DNA of 64,000 nucleotides from Paludibacteraceae bacterium (GTDB lineage Bacteria; Bacteroidota; Bacteroidia; Bacteroidales; Paludibacteraceae): NCBI GenBank assembly GCA_905236355.1, contig CAJOPG010000134.1, positions 4,595 to 68,594 of the forward strand, read 5' to 3'. Shown piece by piece: positions 56,807 to 64,000 of this stretch (position 1 is its first letter; each line of letters starts with the position of its first letter). The notes under the pieces were generated by a model. It saw only the letters and a program-made list of their open reading frames with translations, ran no database searches and was not told where the DNA came from. The position numbers and the translations under genes were made by a program.

Positions 56807-57562
56807 TTAGAATTCAAGTGTAGGTGATTGTGCGATTTGGCGTTGAATTTCTTTATCAGTTTCAGGAGATAGGCGTTTTTCGCCGCTACGATAGTAGTAG
56901 ATTACGCCATAGTTCTGGCAATAGCGCAATCGTTCATAAGGCAGTTTTTGCCGGTAATAATCTTCCACCTGATTCCAAATGTCCAAGATGAGGGAGTCCG
57001 CCTGTTCGCGCAATTGTCCTAAATCTTCATAGGTGCGGTTAGCATTTTTCTTATGCATTTGTTGTGTAATATGATGTTCTTTGAAGATATCATAGTGCAC
57101 CTTGACTTTCGTTATAGTAGGATTATAAATAGGGAATCCTCCTTGCTTTGTCCGTTCGTTTTCGCCATCAATGATATTCTGCCCCCATACCAACAAATCT
57201 TCTTCGGAAGACAGGTCCGGCAGGATATGATTGTTGATATCAAGATGATATAACTCTTTCTGCTCTTTTTTTATATCCCCGCGAATGACGGCAAGATTGA
57301 GCACCTGTATGAAATGGGAGATATACATTCGTGCATTTGCGACGATATGGCGATAATGTTTGTTGGCCGATACTTTTGTTTGAAAATTCTGGTGATATTG
57401 TTCAACTTGATTTTCAAAAACAAGCAGGAAGCGTTTTGCCTCATTGAGTGTTTTATAGGTAATAACCTGCTCAGTGAAGTCGGCTTCACTTGCCCGCTGT
57501 ACGGCATCCTGAAGAGCGCGTAGCCGAGCTTGATCGGTATTAGGAAGGCGGCGATATGGCAT
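56807..57562 (-). CDS. Conserved-looking hypothetical protein, no signal peptide, no recognisable domain
   Basis: 251 aa, MPYRRLPNTDQARLRALQDAVQRASE... A clean ORF with plausible composition and its own terminator. Confidence 0.6.
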   Translation of the reverse strand: MPYRRLPNTDQARLRALQDAVQRASEADFTEQVITYKTLNEAKRFLLVFENQVEQYHQNFQTKVSANKHYRHIVANARMYISHFIQVLNLAVIRGDIKKEQKELYHLDINNHILPDLSSEEDLLVWGQNIIDGENERTKQGGFPIYNPTITKVKVHYDIFKEHHITQQMHKKNANRTYEDLGQLREQADSLILDIWNQVEDYYRQKLPYERLRYCQNYGVIYYYRSGEKRLSPETDKEIQRQIAQSPTLEF

Positions 57563-57606
57563 AATTCCGCAATTTGGTGTTTAATCAGGGGGCAAAGATA
57601 GGTATT

Positions 57607-58578
57607 TTATTCTTTTCTTGCAAGTAATCGGTTAGCGAGGTCCACCAATATATTTTTTTTGCGGGTGGAAACTTTTAGTTTTTCGAGTTGTGCGAGGGCG
57701 GTCTGTGTATAGTTCTTTACAGCATCTTCGCATGCTTCCCTGACATTCAATTTATCATAGATAGCAGTAACGGCAGCTATCTTCTGCTGCATTTCGCGGT
57801 CAGTATTGGCCGGTGCATGCAACTGCCGAAGGAGTTGTTGTTTCCGGGTGTCGGAAGCGGCCCTGAGAGCCGTAAGAAGCAGATAGGTCTTTTTACCTTC
57901 GAGGATATCTCCGCCGATGACCTTGCCAAAAGTGTCAGGGTTGCCATATACATCCAACAAATCGTCTTGCAGTTGGAAAGCAATGCCGATATTGACTCCA
58001 TAGTCATAGAGTGCCAACTGTTCTTCATCTGTAGCTCCGGCAATATAAGCGCCTAATTGCAGAGCAGTGCCGAGCAATACCGATGTTTTGAGACGAATCA
58101 TCTCTATATACTCCGGAATGGTGACATTGTCGCGTTTTTCAAAGTCCATGTCATATTGCTGCCCTTCGCATATTTCGGTAGCCATTTTTGTGAACAGAGC
58201 CATCACCTTTTCCAAGCATGTTGGCGGTACACTCTGTAACTTGCCGTATGCTTCTATAAGCATTTGATCACCAGATAATATTGCGGTGTTAGCGTCCCAG
58301 CGAATGTGTACACATGGTTTTCCTCTGCGCATCTTCGCATTGTCCATCACATCATCATGAAGGAGCGTAAAATTATGGAACAATTCGAGAGCGAGTGCGG
58401 CGGGAAGTGCCAATTGGGGGTCTGCATTATATATGTCAGCGGCAATAAGAGTGAGGGCCGGACGCAGCCGTTTTCCACCCGAGGAGAGGGCATAATCAAT
58501 GGGTTCGTACAACCCGTGCGGTTCTTTATTCCAATTCAGCCGAGCAAGTTCCTGTTTAATAGTTTCAAATGCATCCAT
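57607..58578 (-). CDS. Short-chain polyprenyl (farnesyl/geranylgeranyl-type) diphosphate synthase
   Basis: 323 aa. Aspartate-rich motifs LLHDDVMDNAKMRRG and FQLQDDLLDV. Confidence 0.85.
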   Translation of the reverse strand: MDAFETIKQELARLNWNKEPHGLYEPIDYALSSGGKRLRPALTLIAADIYNADPQLALPAALALELFHNFTLLHDDVMDNAKMRRGKPCVHIRWDANTAILSGDQMLIEAYGKLQSVPPTCLEKVMALFTKMATEICEGQQYDMDFEKRDNVTIPEYIEMIRLKTSVLLGTALQLGAYIAGATDEEQLALYDYGVNIGIAFQLQDDLLDVYGNPDTFGKVIGGDILEGKKTYLLLTALRAASDTRKQQLLRQLHAPANTDREMQQKIAAVTAIYDKLNVREACEDAVKNYTQTALAQLEKLKVSTRKKNILVDLANRLLARKE

Positions 58579-58596
58579 GAGGAGACTCCTATAATT

Positions 58597-59574
58597 CTAT
58601 ATAAATTGGTCTTCGATGATATCGGTCAACACTTGTTTAATATCAAGATTGGCAGCACGCACTTGTTGCGGAATGAAACTGGTGGGTGTCATGCCAGGCG
58701 TTGTGTTGATATCCATCACATTGATGGTTCCGTCTTCCAAGATGATGTAGTCAGTGCGGATGATGCCCTTACAGTTTAATATTTTATAGATTTTGAGAGT
58801 GAGTTGTTGCACTCTATCCCGCAGTTCATCTGGAATGCGTGCCGGGGTTATTTCATCCGATTCGCCTTTATACTTGGCTTCATAGTCGAAATATTCGTTG
58901 TGGGTCACCACTTCAGTGAGCGGGAATGCCACTTCTTTTGTTTTAGTGCAATATACGCCACAAGTAACCTCTGTACCTTTCATGAAAGCTTCAACTATTA
59001 CTTCTTCTCCTTCTGCATAGGCTTTATCAATGGCCGGTTGTATTTCTTCGATAGTTTTCACTTTGGTGCAACCATAGCTACTCCCCCCCGTATTTGATTT
59101 TACGAAACAAGGAAGCCCCACTCTATTGATGATTTCGGGGATAGGTAATGGCAGATTTTTCCTCAGAATGACCGATTTGGCAATGGATACACCAAAATTC
59201 TGCAAGTAGTGGTTGCAGGTGTATTTGTTGCAGGTGAGTGCAGCAGCCAACACGCCGCAGCAGGAATAGGGGATGCGAAGCATATCAAAGTATCCTTGCA
59301 GTTGTCCGCTTTCTCCGGGAATACCATGTATGGTAATATATGCAAAGTCGAACTTGGTTTTTTTGCCGTTCCATGTGAAGGAGAAGTCGTTTTTGTCAAT
59401 ATCGACAGTTTCAGTGTCAGAGACTACAGCTTTCCATTCTGCTCCGCGCAGTACGACAATTGTGATATTATAGAGTTTTTTGTCCATAAAGGACTGCAGT
59501 CCTGCGGCTGAACGCAGAGAGACTTCATGCTCGGAGGAGTCGCCTCCTGCCACTATCGCAATATTCCGTTTCAT
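58597..59574 (-). CDS. ddl: D-alanine--D-alanine ligase
   Basis: 325 aa. N-terminus IAIVAGGDSSEHEVSLRSA and an ATP-grasp body. Confidence 0.9.
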   Translation of the reverse strand: MKRNIAIVAGGDSSEHEVSLRSAAGLQSFMDKKLYNITIVVLRGAEWKAVVSDTETVDIDKNDFSFTWNGKKTKFDFAYITIHGIPGESGQLQGYFDMLRIPYSCCGVLAAALTCNKYTCNHYLQNFGVSIAKSVILRKNLPLPIPEIINRVGLPCFVKSNTGGSSYGCTKVKTIEEIQPAIDKAYAEGEEVIVEAFMKGTEVTCGVYCTKTKEVAFPLTEVVTHNEYFDYEAKYKGESDEITPARIPDELRDRVQQLTLKIYKILNCKGIIRTDYIILEDGTINVMDINTTPGMTPTSFIPQQVRAANLDIKQVLTDIIEDQFI

Positions 59575-59583
59575 ATAATCAAT

Positions 59584-60180
59584 TTATTTACTTTTGGCGG
59601 TGATGATTTGGTTCATTTTTTTGTCATGACGGGTATGAGGAATAGAGTCCAACAACTGGAAATGATATGCAATTCCCACTTTCCATGCTTTCCCCCAATT
59701 TTTCAGAAGCCGGTCATAATAGCCTTTTCCTCGCCCCATACGATGCAAGGAGCGATCGAAGCCGACCCCCGGGATTAGCATCAAGTCCACCTTCCCCTTG
59801 TATGCCGGCGTCTGTGGCTCCGGTATGCCATATTTACCTTTTTTCAGGTTTTCTTCGCCCACATATTCTCTCAATTCAAGTCCGTTGCGATGTGTAACAG
59901 GCATTAGAAAACGCTTGTCTGAGATATCTCTATTTGTCAACAAGGGGAGGAGGTTAATCTCGTTGTGAATGGGATAATAAATAAGGATGGTGTGTGCCTG
60001 CCAGAAATGATTGGACTGAAGGATTTGCTCTATCACTTCGTTTGATGCCTTTGTTACTTCTTCGGTTGTCAAAATGCGGCGTTTCTGCTCCAACAAGGAT
60101 CTCAACTCCGCCTTCTCTTTTTTGCGGCGGGAAGACGGAAAGAAGCCGATAAAGTCGTGTATGTATGATTCGAAAAGCAT
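59584..60180 (-). CDS. 5-formyltetrahydrofolate cyclo-ligase
   Basis: 198 aa. LMLIPGVGFD, MGRGKGYYDR and HDKKMNQIIT motifs. Confidence 0.8.
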   Translation of the reverse strand: MLFESYIHDFIGFFPSSRRKKEKAELRSLLEQKRRILTTEEVTKASNEVIEQILQSNHFWQAHTILIYYPIHNEINLLPLLTNRDISDKRFLMPVTHRNGLELREYVGEENLKKGKYGIPEPQTPAYKGKVDLMLIPGVGFDRSLHRMGRGKGYYDRLLKNWGKAWKVGIAYHFQLLDSIPHTRHDKKMNQIITAKSK

Positions 60181-60357
60181 TACAGCAGGGGTAATAAATC
60201 CGTTTTTGTTAAACGCTGCGAAATTACTGCTTTATTTGGAATTATGCAAATGATTATAAAGATATACCTGTTGGCGGAATTCAACCTGCGTATATTTGAT
60301 TCTAATCATCGGCATGTTGTCACTGCTGACCATGTAATTACTATGGTGTGGCCTGCT

Positions 60358-60390
60358 GAATCACTAACGAATCACTAATGAATCACTAAA
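60358..60390. repeat. Three tandem 11-nt units
   Basis: gaatcactaac gaatcactaat gaatcactaaa, about 180-210 nt upstream of ATG 60180 (minus strand). Confidence 0.9.
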
Positions 60391-60610
60391 GATTTATTGC
60401 CGTTATCTTGCTATAAACCGGCAGCAGAAGTACTACATCTTTATTTTGTCAATGAGGAAAGATATGCAGTCCAACCGCATCAAAGAAATGCCTTTGTAAC
60501 TCTATATAAATCAACAAGAGTCTTGGGTTGCTCTTGGATTGCCCCAAACCTACGCCGCACTTAAAAATATATTTACTTGTTTTTTCTGACAGATACTGCC
60601 TTCCTACTCA

Positions 60611-61423
60611 TCAATTTGTAAATTCATATCCTATCCCAATAGCGTACTCGTTTCTTCGTCGGGTAGTGAGCAGGATATCATCACCGCTGAATTCGGCGGA
60701 GCGGAATCGTCCCCAATCGTAGCGAAAGAAGAAGTTCAGTGTTCCCCTGTTTTTATCTTCTGCCGGAATCTTCCAGTTTACGCCTGCACAAGTACGCCAA
60801 CGCTCTATATACTGGTGTCCATTCAGGCGGCAGTATTCATTGGCATTAAGTGTATTGGCGAGTTCTGTCCAGAGATACGGATTTATACCTTTGTTTTTGA
60901 AAGAGTAAGAGGTTTTAAGGAAATGGCGGAGTGTCAGTTGGTGTTGATTGGTGGTACGCCTATCTATATCGTCAAATCTCATATCCCACAATAGTCGTTC
61001 GCGCGCAACAAAACTCCAATTGCCCACTGTATATATGCCGATAACACCCCCATAGACACGGTGCTTGATAAAGTTGTTGGGGTCATTCCAATGATTGTTG
61101 GCGGCTTTAGAGGAAGAAGGTCCGGATATTTTGAGCATATAAGCCGCCTCTGTTTTCAGGTAAGGGAACGGGGAATAGACAAGTGAGACGGAAGTAAGCG
61201 ACAGATCAAAAAGCGTGGAAGGAACAAAGGGAACAAAATCGAAACGCACATCTTCAAAGAGCACTATTGATAATTGATGCGGCAGAGGGTGTGTGTAAGT
61301 GAGGTCCAATCTTAATTGACCGACGTTTTCTGTGCGGGTGGTTTCTTCTGCATAGTTAATAGCCGCCAACGGAGCAGCCGACAGGAGCAAGCAGAGCAAG
61401 ACTATAAGGTAATGTAGTTTCAT
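60611..61423 (-). CDS. Outer-membrane beta-barrel-like protein, DUF2490-like (tentative)
   Basis: 270 aa. Signal peptide MKLHYLIVLLCLLLSAAPLAA. Alternating beta pattern. The C-terminal ...AIGIGYEFTN. Confidence 0.5.
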   Translation of the reverse strand: MKLHYLIVLLCLLLSAAPLAAINYAEETTRTENVGQLRLDLTYTHPLPHQLSIVLFEDVRFDFVPFVPSTLFDLSLTSVSLVYSPFPYLKTEAAYMLKISGPSSSKAANNHWNDPNNFIKHRVYGGVIGIYTVGNWSFVARERLLWDMRFDDIDRRTTNQHQLTLRHFLKTSYSFKNKGINPYLWTELANTLNANEYCRLNGHQYIERWRTCAGVNWKIPAEDKNRGTLNFFFRYDWGRFRSAEFSGDDILLTTRRRNEYAIGIGYEFTN

Positions 61424-61446
61424 TGGAGATGCAAAGATACATCAAA

Positions 61447-61478
61447 TTTGCGATTTCACAAAATAATGTGTATCTTTG
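61447..61478 (+). promoter_or_regulatory. Bacteroidetes-type promoter for the alkaline phosphatase gene
   Basis: TTTG at 61447-61450, a 20-nt spacer, then TATCTTTG at 61471-61478. Confidence 0.5.
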
Positions 61479-61542
61479 CAGGGTCAATATATCATATGCT
61501 ATGACGCATTTATCAATGCGGTTGCCGCATATTTTTGTAAGT

Positions 61543-61574
61543 AATAATCAATCAAAATAATAATCAATCAAAAT
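61543..61574. repeat. Perfect tandem duplication, 2 x 16 nt, in the alkaline phosphatase 5' leader
   Basis: aataatcaatcaaaat aataatcaatcaaaat, ending 5 nt before ATG 61580. Confidence 0.9.
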
Positions 61575-61579
61575 AGTTC

Positions 61580-63007
61580 ATGAGACGTATCTTTCTTTCC
61601 TTTCTATCGTGTATGTGCTGCCTTGCAATATCCGCACAGGCGAAGTATGTTTTCTATTTTATAGGTGACGGTATGGGACCTAATCAGGTTCTTGGTGCCG
61701 AAATGTTGTTGGCGGAACAGCAAGGACGAATAGGTTATGAGCCACTATTATTCACTCAGTTTCCCATGTCCGGTATGGCACGGACATATTCCGCCAACAG
61801 CGGTGTAACCGACTCAGCGGCCGGCGGGACAGCTCTTTCTACGGGGAAGAAGACAACAAACGGTTTTGTAGGTGTATTGCCTGATTCCACCTCAGTGCCC
61901 ACCATAGCTGAGATATTGAAACGGCGCGGTATGGCCGTGGCTATCTGTACCTCCGTCAGTATAGACCATGCCACCCCCGCTTGCTTTTATGCCCATGAAC
62001 CCAGCAGAGAACGCTATTACGAGATAGGGACATGGCTGCCTAAATCCAACTTTGATTTTTTTGCCGGAGCCGGATTTAGGAAGCCCCAGAACAAGAAAGA
62101 CAAGCATTCTCCGAACCTCTATAGTCTTGTGGAGGGTGCGGGGTACACTATGGCTCGCGGATTCGACGAATATATACAACTGCGCGACAGTGCCCAAAAG
62201 ATGATTCTCATTCAGAAAGAAGACGGGCTACCACAAAACGAGTACAAATCAGCAGAGAGTATAGGTTTCAAGATTGACCAAACAGAGGGTGCACTCACAT
62301 TGGAGCAGATAACGCGTGCCGCCCTTGACTTCACCCCACGCGAAAACGGCTTCTTCATGATGATAGAAGGAGGAATGATTGATTGGGGTTGCCACAACAA
62401 CGATGCCAAAGCCGTCTGGTATGAGATTATAGAAATGGATAAAGCCATCCGTGTTGCATACGACTTTTATCTTGAGCACCCCGATGAGACCCTGATTGTT
62501 ATAACCGCCGACCATGAAACCGGCGGACTATCGATGGGTCGAAACGACGAATATGTTCTCACCCTGAAGGAGCTTGACAGTCAGCAGTGTTCCGGTTTTG
62601 CTTTTGAAGAGAAGGTGTATGCCTATATTGACACACACCTGCAGAAGGGAAAACTCAAGAAACTGCCTGTTGAGTGGTTACGCAAAGCGTTGGAGGCCGA
62701 CTTGGGATTCTATAGTAAATATCCACTCTCTGCAGATGAGGAGCAAGCTATTTTTAATTGCATTTGGTACCACTATGGCGTGAAGAAACAATTGAAGCCC
62801 ACACTATATGCCAACGATTTCTATTCGCTGCAACATATTGTAACCCGCTTGATGGACAAGCAGGCGCATATAGAGTGGAGCACTTCCGGACACAGTGCTG
62901 CCAATGTGCCCGTTATAGCTATTGGCGCGGGAGCGGAACTTTTCAGTGGTTGGCAGGACAATACTGACATTATGCCAAAGATTCTAAAAGCTACAGAACA
63001 AAAGTAA
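61580..63007 (+). CDS. phoA: Alkaline phosphatase (PhoA family), secreted
   Basis: 475 aa. Signal peptide ...CLAISA|QA. Motifs FIGDGMG, VTDSAAGGTALSTG, ADHETGG, SGHSAANVPV. Confidence 0.88.
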   Translation: MRRIFLSFLSCMCCLAISAQAKYVFYFIGDGMGPNQVLGAEMLLAEQQGRIGYEPLLFTQFPMSGMARTYSANSGVTDSAAGGTALSTGKKTTNGFVGVLPDSTSVPTIAEILKRRGMAVAICTSVSIDHATPACFYAHEPSRERYYEIGTWLPKSNFDFFAGAGFRKPQNKKDKHSPNLYSLVEGAGYTMARGFDEYIQLRDSAQKMILIQKEDGLPQNEYKSAESIGFKIDQTEGALTLEQITRAALDFTPRENGFFMMIEGGMIDWGCHNNDAKAVWYEIIEMDKAIRVAYDFYLEHPDETLIVITADHETGGLSMGRNDEYVLTLKELDSQQCSGFAFEEKVYAYIDTHLQKGKLKKLPVEWLRKALEADLGFYSKYPLSADEEQAIFNCIWYHYGVKKQLKPTLYANDFYSLQHIVTRLMDKQAHIEWSTSGHSAANVPVIAIGAGAELFSGWQDNTDIMPKILKATEQK

Positions 63008-63372
63008 CAAGAAACATTTCGATTCGGTATATTTAAAATATTACGTCTATTCAGGCGTATTATCTTTGCTGGCGGAAGAGTTTTCTTTAATATTACAAAA
63101 TCGGCATATCGGTCAAAACGGAATTGGGGAATGCCATGCATGAATGATTGTAATTTCGCACCACGAACGAAACGGCGTGGGGCTCTGCCACGAAACAATA
63201 TTGCAGCGGATAATTTTGTAGATTCTTCTAAAAATCCCGTATTCCCATCCTATTATCCCGTAAAAAAAACAACAATTTATCTTTCTCTCTACCTAAGGCG
63301 AGATAGCAACATATAAGTTTTCAACATCAATTGCAATAGTTTCCCGTCACCCTTTAGTTAGAATTTATATGG

Positions 63373-63404
63373 GCTTTTGATGTTCCGATACCGCTACCTT
63401 AATG
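63373..63404. repeat. Degenerate copy of the intergenic core repeat
   Basis: gcttttgatgttccgataccgctaccttaatg, preceded by tatggg as in the other copies (ACATCAAAAGCCCAT on the minus strand). Confidence 0.5.
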
Positions 63405-63906
63405 TATATTGTATGGAGTTGGTCGGGGATTGCGCGGTGTTTTGATGCGGTTGCCCTGCTTTCTACCTCCCGGAGGAGATATTCAATTTCTATATTGCGG
63501 CATATAAGTGTTTGTGGCAATGTAGTTTTCAGAGTCAGGACAGAAGATTTCTTCATTCATATTGCATAAAACATAGAAGTCAGATAATAATATTGATATA
63601 AGTTAGATAAGTATAGTAGAATTATAAAATTGCGTATAAGTATTTATATACCTTTTATGTAAATAAACTTGTGAAATTTTTGTGTAAACAAACATTCTAT
63701 CGTTTTCTTGCTCTTACAACTATTTTGTTATACTTTTGCACCGTTTACGAAAATAATAAGATGCAACGTAACCTAAGCAAGATATTACAGAAACGGGATC
63801 TCTCTTATTTTCTTCCTTTTAGATATTCCGGGGTAATTTGACCGGTGTCCCGGTTATTACAGCCAATTTATGAATTAACAATATAAACCTTAAAAATTTT
63901 ACCAAG

Positions 63907-64000
63907 ATGAAAAAGTTTTTTCTACTTTTATCTCTCATTCTATCAGTAGTTAGTTTGAGTGTGAGTGCTGCAACCGAAGTAGCAACCTGTAACGGTGCTA
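63907..64000 (+). CDS. 5' end of a secreted protein gene, truncated by the window end
   Basis: ATG 63907 gives MKKFFLLLSLILSVVSLSVSAATEVATCNGA (a signal peptide). A TACTTTTG box at 63731-63738 would give a leader of about 160 nt. Confidence 0.5.
   Translation, partial: MKKFFLLLSLILSVVSLSVSAATEVATCNGA

Noticed and set aside
62821-63556. Minus-strand ORFs 62821..63198 (125 aa) and 63365..63556 (63 aa) in or near the long intergenic region
   Set aside because: The first overlaps the phoA 3' end by about 190 nt and is Arg/Phe-rich nonsense. The second runs through the repeat copy and has no signal or motif. I kept the region only as non-coding and of interest.

Overview
This 64-kb window looks like a chromosomal segment from a Bacteroidota bacterium, probably a Bacteroidales member with a type IX secretion system (T9SS). 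I infer that from four things: repeated TTTG/TAnnTTTG promoter boxes, one T9SS-type C-terminal sorting domain, several secreted proteins with Gln right after the signal peptide next to a glutaminyl-cyclase-like gene, and overall gene content. I count about 44 protein-coding genes. I recognised no rRNA, tRNA, CRISPR array, transposase or integrase. Positions 14.8-63 kb are mostly housekeeping: htpG, a prs/cyclase/sufCD/ispB operon, ruvB, kbl-tdh, queFCDE, uxaAB, amn, holA-polA, clpPX, ileS, ddl, an alkaline phosphatase and two AsmA-like envelope proteins. The left 14.6 kb is the accessory part. It holds three same-strand genes for very large secreted proteins: two translationally coupled paralogs of about 1050 aa (11476..14598 and 8315..11476) and a giant modular gene. 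The giant gene starts at 8113 and is still open at position 1 (at least 2703 codons). It is absent from the supplied ORF track because it has no stop codon inside the window. Other points worth a second look: (1) a 13-nt A/T homopolymer fills the spacer of the promoter in front of this cluster; (2) a short C-terminal motif is shared by one paralog and a secreted nuclease, distinct from the T9SS tail; (3) a family of intergenic repeats is built from 10-11-nt phased units, mostly upstream of promoters; (4) a hairpin plus A-rich leader sits in front of the queuosine operon. All family assignments come from motif recognition by eye. No database search was possible.
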